A DNA stretch of 64,000 nt from Hormiphora californensis (lineage: Eukaryota; Animalia; Ctenophora): positions 3,596,001 to 3,660,000 of the forward strand of contig CM035354.1 in assembly GCA_020137815.1 (NCBI GenBank), written 5' to 3'. Each line of letters opens with the position of its first letter. The stretch's first letter is position 1. Both the position numbers and the translations under genes were made by a program. The notes beneath the pieces were generated by a model that searched no databases, had not been told where the DNA came from, and saw nothing but the letters and a program-made list of their open reading frames with translations. Below are positions 40,601 to 53,700 of the stretch, in pieces.

Positions 40601-43600
40601 TCGGGGTTGCTGGGTTGGGAGAGAAACTCCACACTACGGAAGCTCCACTGGGAGCAACGCTGTGAAGAACCACTGGCAAGATATGACTCCGTTAACATGA
40701 ATCCCCACTCCAGCCCACCGCACCCCAACCCGGCACCTCCCACCGCCACCCCACCAGCCGCAAAGCCTCCAGCACCTCCGAACCCCAGCACCGCGAAACC
40801 GACAGCACTCCAAGACGGCCCAGCACCCGCAGATGTCAATTCACACGGGCCGCAGCGTCGGAACGCTCAGACCTAGGGGACAGACCCCGCCCAGCTACGG
40901 CACCAGCGAAGACGCTGAAGACAACACATGACAGATCCTCGGGAGGAAGAGAAACTTCCCGGTGCTGGGGTTGGGAGGCAGCCAGACACATACGAACTCC
41001 AGGGCAGGCAACGCTGTAAATCCACGGCAGAACAACCCCGTGACAGACCACCAGCTCCAGCGCCCCGCACCTCCCACCAGCCGCCAGGCCTCCAGCACCT
41101 CCACATAGTCAATCGGATGGCGCCAGCAATCCTGGTCCGTATCCTCCAGCACCTCCAGACCGGCACCACACCCAACCAGCCACCCCGACCACCCAGCACC
41201 TCCAAACCACGCCTCCGAACCCGCCTCCGAGACCCACACCCCGCACACCTCCAAGAAACTAAGCCAACTGGACAGACCGTAGGCGAACCTCCGGGTGCTT
41301 GGTGGGAAGATAGCACACCAGCACGAGGGAAGCACTGGGCAGAAACCCTTAGACCACGGCAAGCAGCCGAACGACACTCCAGCCCCCGCCCTCCAAGACC
41401 TCCGCCTAAACCGCCGCCAACCTCCGGCCCAACGCCCCACGCCTCGGCATCCTCCCTCACACGCCGAACCCACCCCTCAAGACGGTAAGCCGCGCAAATC
41501 CGGCAGAGTTCCCCCCACCGGGCCCCGGGCCCCGGCCCACTCCAGACCTCGCGAAGAACCCAGCCGGGCCACCCCAGCCGAAAACCCAGTTCCTGGAATC
41601 TCCAACAGAACACCCACGCCCGGGGGAATACAACGGCCAGCCAGGACCGGGACCACCCGCACGCTCAGACCGCAGAAGAGCTGGACATGAACCCTCCGGG
41701 CACGCCCGGCACTGCAGCCCCCAGAACAGCCTCCAGCCGGCAAGGGGAATGACCGGCATCCTACCCAAGACCGTCCCCCCCCCCCAAACCACGCCAAGCA
41801 CCTCCGAAACCAGCACCAGCGCCTCCGAGACCACCAGCACCTCCAAGACCAGCGCCTCCGAGACCAGCGCCTCCGAGACCACCAGCACCGCCAGCACCTC
41901 CAGCAGAAGAAACGCTGAAGACAACATGGACAGATCCTCCGTAGGAAACGAGAACACTTCCGGGGTTGCTTGGGTTGGGAGAGATAGCAGCTCCAGACAC
42001 GATGACGGAAGCTCCACTGGGCAGAGCAACGCTGTAAGAACCACTGGCAGAGATCATGACTCCGTTGAACATGAATCCACCAGCTCCAGCGCCACCGGCA
42101 CCTCCAAGACCTCCGGCACCTCCAAGACCGCCAGCACCTCCGGCACCAGCGCCGCCAAAGCCTCCAGCACCTCCGAGACCTCCAGCACCGCCGAAACCGG
42201 CACCAGCACCTCCAAGACCGGCACCAGCACCTCCAGCATAGATGTCAATGTCAACACTGGGTCCACGACCAGCAGATCCGGGACCGTAGGCTCCGGCACC
42301 AGCTCCAGGACCGTAGGGAGAAGCAAGACCTCCAGCTCCAGGGCTACCAGCACCTCCAGCAGAAGAAACGCTGAAGACAACATGGACAGATCCTCCGTAG
42401 GAAACGAGAACACTTCCAGGGTTGCTGGGGTTGGGAGAGATAGCAGCTCCAGACACGATGACGGAAGCTCCACTGGGCAGAGCAACGCTGTAAGATCCAC
42501 TGGCAGAGATCATGACTCCGTTGAACATGAATCCACCAGCTCCAGCGCCACCGGCACCTCCAGCACCAGCGCCGCCACGGCCTCCAGCACCTCCAGCACC
42601 TCCAGCATAGATGTCAATATCGATGGCAGGTCCACGGCCAGCAGATCCTGGTCCGTATCCTCCAGCACCTCCAAGACCGGCACCAGCACCTCCGAAACCA
42701 GCACCAGCGCCTCCGAGACCACCAGCACCTCCAAGACCAGCGCCTCCGAGACCAGCGCCTCCGAGACCACCAGCACCGCCAGCACCTCCAGCAGAAGAAA
42801 CGCTGAAGACAACATGGACAGATCCTCCGTAGGAAACGAGAACACTTCCGGGGTTGCTTGGGTTGGGAGAGATAGCAGCTCCAGACACGATGACGGAAGC
42901 TCCACTGGGCAGAGCAACGCTGTAAGAACCACTGGCAGAGATCATGACTCCGTTGAACATGAATCCACCAGCTCCAGCGCCACCGGCACCTCCAAGACCT
43001 CCGGCACCTCCAAGACCGCCAGCACCTCCAAGACCTCCAAGACCTCCGGCACCAGCGCCGCCACGGCCTCCAGCACCTCCAGCAAAGATGTCAATATTGA
43101 TAGAGGGAGATGAAGGGCGTCCAGCTCCTGGACCTGCAGCAAGACCTGGTCTTCCTCCGAGAGGACTTCCAGGACCACCCCTAGCAGGGGATCCTGGCCG
43201 TCCGCTCAGTGGAATACTAGGTCCTTGCTGGGGTCCAGCGGGACCTCCCATTCCTGGGCCTCGCATACCGGGACTTCCCATACCGGGACTTCCCATACCG
43301 GGACTTCCCATACCGGGACTTCCCATACCAGGACTTCCCATACCGGGACTTCCCATACCAGGACTTCCCATACCAGGACTTCCCATACCGGGAGAGCCTG
43401 CAGCGGGCACCAAAGAGATGCTAGTTACAGGCTGTACAGATCCTCCAATAGAGACCAGGACACTTCCGGGGCTGCTTGGGTTTTGGGAGACGGCAGAGCC
43501 GGGAACGGTGGTGGTGGAACCGTTGGGGAGGGTAACTGTATAGGTCAGGTTGGGCTGAACAAGGACTCCCATGAAGGTGAAGGCTGGTTTGGGGAAGAGA

Positions 43601-44276
43601 ATTCGGGATCCTCCAATAGAACCAACTGGCTGCTTCCTGGCAAGAGGACGCTGACGTCCATCAGGGAACAGGATAAGGGCAACCTGGGGGGATAATTAAA
43701 TAATTAAACAAGGGATAATTAATTAGTAAACTAAACAGTTAGTTAATTGGATAAGATAATTAGTAACATGGCTAACATGTTCATTGTTCATTTAACTCAC
43801 ATTGATGACCGATCTGTATTCTGCCTTTAGGACTCCGTTAGCGGAGAAGACAGAAGTGGCAGGGAGGGCCGTGTACTGGCTCAGGTCGATTCCAGCCTGA
43901 GTCGCCCGGACTCCCATATTGCCTGCAAGGAAGGGAAGATCAGCCAAAAAATACCAAATTGCTGTCAGAGAATTGACCTGACCCTATTCGGAGTGTGTGA
44001 GAATAGTGGCAATCTAGCTAAAGGACAAGAGATTTTCTTGGCCAATCTCTGTAAGGGAGGAGCAGCCTTGCAAACAATAATTCTCCACTGTAGCAAACAA
44101 AGCCCAGGTGAATGTCAAACTACATAGCTATTGGAAGTTTTACAGAGCAAATTTATCAAACTGCACAGTTATTGGAAGTTTTACAGAGCAACTTATAAAA
44201 AGTACGGGTGTGTACATTTTGTAAGTTGGTCCCTTATCTTAATAGATTTACCTGAAGGACTTCCTCCGCAAACCAT
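31654..44276 (-). CDS. Giant Gly/Ala-rich modular structural protein (silk/elastomer-like, with Gly-Pro-X collagen-like blocks); >3,500 aa if the corrupted central segment is bridged
   Basis: ORFs 41761..43572 and 32805..39965 share the same repeat. Likely upstream exons 44252-44276 (MVCGGSPS) and 43801-43922; downstream exons ~32550-32670, 32272-32423, 31654-31773. A 57-aa module [21 protein letters not shown]...VHVVFSVSS alternates with [10 protein letters not shown] spacers. Confidence 0.8.
31780..32110. repeat. 17-bp minisatellite (GAGGAAGGGGAGTTAGA) filling the last intron of the Gly-rich gene
   Basis: Read directly, ~19 units. Confidence 0.92.
33740..43010. repeat. Coding tandem array; higher-order unit of 879/888 bp made of two sub-modules (423/432 bp + 456 bp)
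   Basis: Equivalent ORF starts at 34699, 35578, 36466, 37354, 38242, 39121 (spacings 879, 888, 888, 888, 879). Confidence 0.92.
40010..41795. other. Indel-riddled copy of the array; probable low-quality read patch
   Basis: Recognisable but increasingly corrupted repeat text, with abrupt borders against error-free units. Confidence 0.8.
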
Positions 44277-44495
44277 TTTTTCAAATGATTAATAATAATA
44301 TCACACAATATATTAACTCCACTCAGTATATTCGAGGGGAGAGAGAACAAATTAACAGATTCAGGTAATACTGATACTAAATCTGGGATGTCTAACCATT
44401 TAGTAGACGCAGGGATGATTTAAGATGAGATGGTGCAGTGGTCCCCATCTTGGTGGGCTTGCACCATAGCCCGCATGTGAAAATAGAGCGGAGAG

Positions 44496-44574
<79 letters not shown>

Positions 44575-44713
44575 ACACACAGCCTCTATCACGTGTGAGA
44601 GATGTATTATGTTGAATAATATGATCTGTTTACAAAAATAGGCGCTCTTTCCCCGTTTACCCACAAGCCCTGATCTGCTGCACTTATCAGCCAATTGAGA
44701 GGCAGATTTTGGA

Positions 44714-44792
<79 letters not shown>

Positions 44793-44793
44793 C

Positions 44794-44826
<33 letters not shown>

Positions 44827-45139
44827 GAGAGAGAGAATGGGGGGGTATCACTGTCATGGTAGTCTGTGGTATTGGGGGTGTGACATTATGGTTCCAGTGT
44901 GACACATTGTGTGAGCCGCACACCACCCCCTTCCCCCAACAGACAGACAGATAGGTATCTCTTAGAATAATACTTATGATCTAATTTATGTTCCATCAAT
45001 TTCTCTCGCAGTATTTGGCACAAATTGGATAGATTCAGGATTTTTTATCGGAGCGAGGAGAGTGGTGAGGCATCACGCTAATCCGAATGACATTCACCAC
45101 TTCAGTGACCTGAGAGAGAGGAGAAAGAGAGAGAGAGAA

Positions 45140-45191
<52 letters not shown>

Positions 45192-45199
45192 AGAGAGAG

Positions 45200-45240
<41 letters not shown>

Positions 45241-45253
45241 AGAGAGAGAGGGA

Positions 45254-45303
<50 letters not shown>

Positions 45304-45692
45304 AAAAAGAGAAAGAGTAAAAAGATAGATAGAGAGGAGACGGGAGAAACAGAGAGAAAAAGAACAGGAGAAGACTAGAAGATGGAGAGAGAGAGAGAGA
45401 AAATAGATAATAGATAAGAATAAGAAAATGAGAGAGGAGAAAGAAGATAGATAGAAGAGGGGAGAGGATATAAAGAGACGAGAAGAATAAGAAAGAGAAG
45501 AGAGACAGAGATATAGTAGAGAAATGAAAAGAGAAAAAGAAGAAAGAAAGAGAAGAGTAGAGCTAGAATGGAGAGAAGTGAAAAGCAAGGTTTTTGGAAA
45601 CGACAAGAAGAGTTTGGAGCAGGAGAGGGAGATTTTGACCAGCCGGTTATCAAGCTTCCACCTGATTCCCAAGTGAAGCACGCTCTGATAAC

Positions 45693-45732
<40 letters not shown>

Positions 45733-45854
45733 GCTAACGGCTCAGTTAACATGCAACACATGTTTGTTGCTGAAAAACAACACACTCTCATTGGCAACGG
45801 ACACCATCACACGATTAAACCCAATCATTTACTAGTCAAACCTTTGGGCATCCT

Positions 45855-47665
45855 TTAAATCCAACAAATTTTTTCCCCCCCCGGGGGGGGCCCCAACCCC
45901 TAAAAAAAAAAATTTTTCCAAAAAAACCCTTTTTTTTGCCCTTTTTTTTAAAATCCCTTTTAAAAAACCCCAAAAAACCAAAAAACCCCCCCCAAAAAAA
46001 ACCCAAAAACCCCAAAAAAACCCCCAAAAAAAGGGGGGTTTAAATTTAAAAAAAAAAATTTTTTTTTAAAATTTTAAAACCCAATTTAAAAGGATTTTTT
46101 TTAAAAGGGGGGTTTTTTGGAAAAAACCCCCCCCTTTTTCGGAAAAAATTTTTTTCCCTTTTTTTTCCCCCCTTTTTTTTTTTGGGGGGCCCCCTTTTTT
46201 TTTCCCTTTTTTTTTTTCCTTTTGGGGGGGGGGCCCCCCTTTTCCCCCCCCGGGGGCCCCCCCCCCAAAAAAACCCAAAAGGGGGGAAAAAAAAAAAGGG
46301 GGGGGGGGGGGGGGGGGAAAAAAGGGGGAAAAAAGGGCCCCCCAAAACCCCCCCTTTTTTTTTAAAAGGGAAAAAATTTTAAAAAAAAGGGGGGGGGAAA
46401 AAAAAAGGTTTGGGGCCCTTTGGGTTTTTTGGGGTTTTTGGCCCGAAGGGGGGGGGGGGAAAAAGGAAAACCCCAAAAAAAAAAAAAAAAAAAGGGGGAA
46501 AAGAAAAAAAAAAAAAGGAAATTGGGGGGTTTTTTTTTAAAAAAAATTTTTCCATTTTCCCCTTTTTGGGGGGCCCCCCCCCCCCCCAAAAAAAGGGGGG
46601 AAAAAAATTTTCCAAAAATTTTTTTTTTTAAAAAAATTTTTTTAAAAAGGGGGGGGGGGGTTTTTTTTTTTTTTAAAATTTTCCCAAACCCGGGGGTTTT
46701 TTTAAAAAAAAAAGGGGAAAGGGAAAAAAAAAGGGGAAAAAAAGGGGGGGGAAAAAAGGGGAAAAAAAACCGAAGGGGTTAGGGGGGGGGGGGGGAAAAA
46801 AAAGGGGGAAAGGGAAAAAAAAAAGGGGGGAAAAAGGGTTGGAAAGGGGGCTTTAAAAAAAACCCCCAAGGGGTTTTTGGGGTTTAAAAAAAGAAAAAAA
46901 AAAAGGAAAAAAAAAAGAAAAAGGGGGGGGGGGAAAAAAAAAAAAAAAAAAAGAAAACCCCCAAAAAAAAGGGGAAAAATTTTTAAAAAAAAGGGGGAAA
47001 AAAAAAGGGTTTTTTAAAAAAAAAAAAAGGGGAGAAAAAAGGGGGGGGGGTTTTTTTTTAAAAAATTTAAAAAAAAAAAAAAGGGGTTGCAAAATTTTTT
47101 GGGGGGGGGGTTTTTTAACAAAAAAAACCCCCCCCTTTTTTTTTCCTTTTCCTTTTTTTTTTTCCCCCCCCCCCCTTTTTCCCCCCCCCCCCCCCTTTTT
47201 TCCCCCCTCTCTCTCTCTTTTCTCTCCCCCTTTTTCCCCCCCTTTTCCCCCCTTTTTTGTTTTCCCCCCCCCCCCCCCCTTTCCCGGGTTTATTTGGTCC
47301 CCCCCCTTTTTTTTTTTTTAAAAAAAAAACCCCCTCATTTAAAACCCCAAAAAAAATTTTTTTTGGGGGGGGGTTTTTTTTTTTACCCCCCCCGGAAAAT
47401 TTTTTTCCCCCGGGGGGGGGGGGAAAAAAATTTTTTTTTAAAAAAAACCCCAAAAAAAAAAAATTTTTTTAAAAAAATTTTTTTCCCCATTGGGGTAAAA
47501 AATTTTCCCCAAAAAAACCCCCTTTGGGGGGGGCCCCCCCTTTTTTCCCGGGGCCCCCTTTTTTTTTTAAAAAAAATTTTTAAAAACCCTTTTTTTTCCC
47601 CCCTTTTTTTTTAAAACCCCCAAAAATTTTTTTTTTCCCCCCCCCCCCTTTTTAAATAAAAAAAA
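45855..47665. other. Homopolymer-run sequence; probable sequencing/assembly artefact
   Basis: Almost entirely runs of A/C/G/T with no single-base complexity, flanked by GA microsatellites. Confidence 0.85.
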
Positions 47666-47834
47666 TATCGAGCCCACACTGGGGACAATACAAAATCCAC
47701 CGAATTTGTACGGAAGAAACTTGTAATTGTGCGGACAGCGGAACAAAAGGAACAAAAGGGTAGAAAGGAAGAGAGTTTGATAGAGAAGAGTTTTGAATGG
47801 AGATAGAGATAGAGAGAGAGAGAGATAGAGAGAG

Positions 47835-47896
<62 letters not shown>

Positions 47897-48616
47897 GATG
47901 ATGTGAACTAGATTGCAGCTATACTGATGCGATGGTATGGTCCGGTACCAACAATGGGAGCTCTTTATAGACACAGATGATCTTGGCTATATACACATAA
48001 TAGGCATATAAACACATTCTGGCATCTCTTCTCTGCATATCGCCTGGCACTACTCGGGAATCTCTCTCTCTCTTCTAGAGCTCGACGTCGAGAAGAGCGA
48101 GAGAGTGATAGAGGAGAGAGAGAGCGAGCAGAGGAGAGAGAGAGCGAGAGTCGAGAGCGCGAGACTGCAGCTCTCTCTATCGCATTTTCTTTATCTCTTT
48201 CTTTTTCTCTCTCTCCTCTCTCTCCTTTCTCCTCTCCTCTCACTCTCTCTTTCCATAGGAAAAACTATAGCTGATTCCCCACTTTAAATCTTTTTTTTAA
48301 AAAAGTAGTCTAAAATTATCAAACAATTGGCTTACAAGGTGACTCCCATGAGAAAGGAACAATGTTATCTCGAGCCCAGAGAAAAAAAAAAGGGGAAGAG
48401 AAATAGGAGAGAGGGAAGAAAAAAGGAGAGAGAGAGGGAGAGAGAGGGGAGGAGGGGGGAGGAGAGAAGAGGAAAGGGGAAAGGAGAGAGATCGACAAAA
48501 AGAACAAGGAAACTAAGGAAACCAAGGGGCCCCTTAAAAGTAAAAGCTAAAGAAAACTCCAGAAGGTACACATTTTGACAAAGCTTCCAGGAACAATTTC
48601 CAAATTTGACAAAACA

Positions 48617-48688
48617 AGGTCCTACCGAGATTCGAACTCGGGTCGCAAGATTCAGAGTCTTGAGTGCTAACCGCTACACCATAGAACC
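48617..48688 (-). tRNA. tRNA-Gln (anticodon CTG)
   Basis: Reverse complement GGTTCTATGGTGTAGCGGTTAGCACTCAAGACTCTGAATCTTGCGACCCGAGTTCGAATCTCGGTAGGACCT. Anticodon stem CAAGA/TCTTG, T-loop GTTCGAATC. Confidence 0.95.
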
Positions 48689-49305
48689 TGGTGACGGAAT
48701 AATAATCGCGTTATTTTCAAATGCACGTCATATTTCATGGAGGATTGAGGAAGATAGTTGCCAGGTTAGACTGTTTGTACAAAACAAGAAGATAGTGCCC
48801 CACTGATTTATTTAGAAGGAGAAAATTTTTCATGTCGGGCATCCGGAGGAAAAAAATTCATTTAAAAAAGGGGAAAATGTTGTTAAGAGATGCTGGCCAG
48901 AATTTACAGGAGTAATTATTATAGTTGTAACCGACTATCCACCGTGCAGAAGAAAAATAGGAACACACTACACAGAGATGACAAAAGGTAGAACACAAAA
49001 TCTCTCTCTCCCCCTCTCTCTCTCTCTCTCTCTCTCTCCCTCTCTTTCCTTTACTATACACACACGCAACTCAGTTAGAGAAGCACCACCTATAGTCTGT
49101 CAATAGGTGAGTCTTGTCATCACTAGTACAGCTGTGAGAATGCAGAACAGATATTGCGATGAAAAGATTTAACTTTTGGAAGTTTTGAATCTTTTATTTT
49201 GAAACCCTGCAGTATTTGCATAAATGCACGGTCAAACAGGATGGGCATAAACAAAAGAAGTGACGACGGCTACTGCAAATGCTTGGAGAAGGGGAGTGGA
49301 GGAAG

Positions 49306-49404
<99 letters not shown>

Positions 49405-49499
49405 CGAGAGAGAGTTGGAGAGCCAATATCATACAAGCAAACAATAAAACCTTACAATTATGATAGAATGAGCATTCTCTGCCTCTCTCTGTGCCACTC

Positions 49500-49585
<86 letters not shown>

Positions 49586-49680
49586 CTCTCCCTCCATAAC
49601 ACGCTCCTCAATGCTCATAAACTGGCATAATAATAGCACTGCCCAATTAGAAGAACAATACGCACTAATTTACATCTCAC

Positions 49681-50612
49681 CTATGCTCTGGATGCTGCAG
49701 CCTTTGACTTCCGCTTTCCCGCAGGTCCTGGTATTTTATCGAGGCGTTCTCTCAGTTCTTCTTGTAACGAGGGGTTCCTTCTGGCACACAGGATAACATC
49801 ATCTCCATTCACTGTTGTCCTGCCAAGGGGGGGGGGGGGGGTGTTAGTTTGACAGGAATATTTCTTGTCACCTCACACCTGGCAATTGTTAGGTGATTGA
49901 ATTGGTAGAGCATTGGTACCAAAGCTGTCTGGCGGCACCAGACCCCGATTTGATTTGACAGTGCGATCAGATGGGGTCCGCGGCGCTAGACAGTACCCCA
50001 GGATGTTTGTTTGTCAGAAGTTGTACCGTTTAGCGTGTTGTGAGAAACACTCCACGTCATGTGCTAACATCTCGGCCTGACGGAGCGCTAACTCAGTGAT
50101 AAGAGCAGTACACTCTTTGGATATGGCCATGGGAGCCTCCCCAGCCGCTACTTGGACACCGTAGTGCACTGCAGCTCGCAACCTGAACAAGGGGGGAACG
50201 TTACAAAATCGACGAAAAGAGGATAAAAACGAGTCAAAAAGTCGACAAAAATGGGGGGAAATGAGGTTAAAAAGTCGTTAAAATCTCACCAAAAATACTG
50301 CAAAATTAAATGAAAAGTCAAAAAAAATGTTCTAAAAAGTCAACAAAAATCAGAGTAAAAACACCTAAAAAGCAGAGGTAAATGCCTAAAAAAGTCAAAC
50401 AAAAATGAGGGCGCACACGGATTTGAACCATGGACCTATCGATCTGCAGTCGATTGCTCTACCACTGAGCTATACACCCGGCTGCCAAAAGGGCTATTGA
50501 GTGTGATATATACTGTGTAGGACACATGTAGGAAGCGCAGATGTTATTGTCTGTGCAGCAGACTGCACTGTAACATATCCAATTACCTTTTATTATCCTC
50601 ACTCTCATCCAT
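49681..50612 (-). CDS. CENPS: Centromere protein S / MHF1 histone-fold protein; exons 50587-50612, ~50027-50182, 49681-49820
   Basis: Spliced sequence MDESEDNKRLRAAVHYGV..ISKECTALITELALRQAEMLAHDVECFSQHAKRTTVNGDDVILCARRNPSL matches the CENP-S LKAAVHY..DLEMFARHAKRTTINTEDVKLLARR pattern. Confidence 0.92.
50408..50479 (-). tRNA. tRNA-Cys (anticodon GCA), inside CENP-S intron 1
   Basis: Reverse complement GGGTGTATAGCTCAGTGGTAGAGCAATCGACTGCAGATCGATAGGTCCATGGTTCAAATCCGTGTGCGCCCT. Confidence 0.95.
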
Positions 50613-50755
50613 GTGGTGCGTGCTAAACAAAGGTAAAATTTGTTAGACAGAGGTTAAATTTGTTAATTTCATGAAATCAAACAGACAAACGCCTGGTTCA
50701 CAATGGAAATCTAAACACTAAACTTGAACTACCACAAAACAGTAAAATAACAAAA

Positions 50756-53700
50756 TCAGAAATTTGTTGAAATGAGAGCATAACTCCCGCAAAACATTGA
50801 GTCCCTATCCTCCGCAAGAATCTTCTCCACTCTCTCCTTATCACACCCCACAATGGAGTCACTTTTAACAGTCCTTAAGGCACACACTTTAGTCGGTGAG
50901 AACCCCTCCAGAGCGGTCCCAAATTTAGTATCGTAGGACCATGTTCGATCGTTAACGAGTTTCCTGTAGTTTAGATCACCTTTGAAGAGCACCAGATCAC
51001 ATTTCGATAGTTGATCGTGTAGGTCGGGTGCCATGGATCGCATCTCACAGAAGGGAGAAGGTGATGTCCAGAATGGATGTTCTGTTGTTACTAACTTAGA
51101 GGATGATTTATAGGAGGAGAGTCGTTCAGAGAATCCTTTTAGCTCATCATAACCTGTAGGGAAAGGAAGATTAGAAAACAGAGATAGTATACGTCTTGAA
51201 AAGTGAAGGAGTTTTGCTAGAGGAGGGATGGGTTTCGGAGACCGTTAGTGTAAATCAGAAAAACTGGCCCACTCACAAAACTCAAAAACGTACCGAAAAG
51301 ATCTGAGAGAGTTGAATCGAAATCACATTGGGTGACGTCACTAACGAACCAGGGGATTGATTTCTGGTGGAGGGTTACCATGGTAACTCGACCTGACCTT
51401 AGCAACGCATCAACAAGACACAAATCAGAGAACAACTCGTAGCCAGAGTTATCCAACACGATACCAACCTGGGGGATTTGAGTTAGCGTGGAGAGTGACT
51501 ATGAACTGAAACATCTCTACAAGATTTAAAGCACAACGTGACGAGTTGACTAATATATTAATTGTTACCAAATAAACCTGTTTGTATTTGGGTGGAAGCT
51601 CTATAATATAAGAAGAAGCGAGCATTATGAACCATGAAACATCTAACATCAGATAAACAGATGAAACTCACATGCCCATTTTCCAAGTTCATCACACAAT
51701 CCACCACCTTCTCCAGATCATTCGATAGGATCCTCCCATCATTCTGGTCCACAGCAGTGCCACTCTGGACATCATTCACACTCAGGTTAAAGTGCTCCAG
51801 AAGTGAGAGATCTGTCTTGTTGCCCCACAGAGAGAGTTTTATACAGGTTGCTATGACGTCAGAGTAACTGGTAAGCACCAGTGAATCAAATTGACAGTTA
51901 GATGGATACCAACATAGATGAGGTTAATTCTAAGCCATACAAAACCATTCTGATCAGTCGTAGAGTTCCCAATGTGCAGGTTGTGTCTTGGATTCTTCGG
52001 TAGACTGCCCGAAAGTGTAGAGCCGCCGACCCTAAAGGAGCCAGTTTTATACAGTTGCTATGCAAGCCAGCCACAATACGTCACTCAGTGACATCTAATC
52101 TTGGCACATGAGGCAGGGAGTCACTAATCCTTAAGAGAAGCGTGTTGTGTTTCAATCCAATCTATATTGCGGTCCATTCTTGTGTCCTGTTGAGGGAGAG
52201 TATCCAAAATTTGTTGTCTAGCACAATACATGTCTGTCCAGGCCGACTTTGTATGGTGTAGCCCACACCACCTATCCCACGGCCACTATTGATATACCCA
52301 TGCCTTGGTAGTGAATGTTATGTCATCTTTGTCAGTGAAGATCTGGTCCAACTGCCATGGCTAACAGACTTGTGAACTGTTAATCATTAAATAATACACA
52401 GGTGGTGAACCATTAGCAGTGAAACACATCACGATGGGTCTAAGTACGAGGGTCGACTATCACGGTGCTGACTAGCCGATAATAAGTCTACAATAGAAGA
52501 GGGATAGCTACATGGCATTTGTCAGGTGGTTGGAGGACGGAATTGTTTGTATCGAACTACGGTAGCTTTGGTAGTTAGAGTGCGACCTCATCGTGCATTG
52601 AGGGAACTTCGTAACAAGGTTTGCAAGGAAGGTGTAATTGGAAAAAGTGTCTAGATCTAGGCACCGACGAAAGACTAGCCAATGGTATGCCCGTTTAATT
52701 CCAACATTTACCTTTTTGTTTCTCATCCCTAAACACATCAAAGTGAGGGTAATGGAAGTGGGTGGTGTCCTGTAGAACGGAGTGTATGTAACGGTACATG
52801 TAACACTCCACAAACAGCCACGGGGCTCCGAACCTGACAAAGGTAAGGGGGATATACGGATATTAAAAGGGAGAGAGGGGTATATAATATTTGAGGGAAC
52901 TGAAGAAGGGTGGACCTTAGACCAAAACGTGGCTGCTATAGCTGAATCGGGGGGGGGGGGGGGGGGGGGATCACCATTTAGCTGGGTGAGTGATGGGGAT
53001 TAGTGTATAATTATAGGTGTAATAACTTAGTGTATAAAATATATTTATCTATCCATATCACCACCTCTACCATTTTGTTAATATTTCACCATCTCTACCA
53101 CGTCTACCATTTCACCATCATGTGGCTCATGGCTAACCGCATCTTGGTCCGTCTGTGTCAACCCTCAGCTCTGCTCTCATCGCTATCTAGATTGGCTTAC
53201 CATGTACCTCAATTTGGAGATATCCCTATCTTTATCCCCCCATTAGCAGATAGACAGATAGACGAATAGATAGGGAGGGTATCTATTCATCTCGTAATTG
53301 TCTTGCACTGCCCCAAAGGGTTCATCTTTGCACAAAATTACTAATGATATAGGGGAAGAGAGAGGGATATTGTTTTTGGAAACCACAATGCGTGGAAGGA
53401 AATGATTTAATTTCCATGTCTCTAGATATTCTCAGTGTAGTCACAGTTTTGAGAAATATGCAGGATAATAGGTGATACCAACTAGGTTCAACTGCAAGAA
53501 TGATCAACCTCTTTTTAGAAAAGCACGATTCAGCAAAGCGATCTAACTTGGATATAACTTACAAGCTATACCTAGAAATGAAGATATTACTTAGGGGTGG
53601 GAATAATCTTAATACATATCAATGATCCAAGTTGGATCGCTCTTGAACACACGGTGTTAGAATGAAAATGAGCTGCTGAGAAAATTTACCATGTCTTGTC

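Noticed and set aside
40010-41795. Apparent pseudogenisation, or a divergent domain, in the Gly-rich gene
   Set aside because: Dense random indels with sharp borders beside flawless repeats fit an unpolished noisy read better than evolution. Raw reads are needed to be certain.
45855-47665. Lys/Phe/Gly/Pro-rich ORFs and G-quadruplex-like tracts
   Set aside because: Homopolymer-only text is typical of failed base-calling and is not treated as biological.
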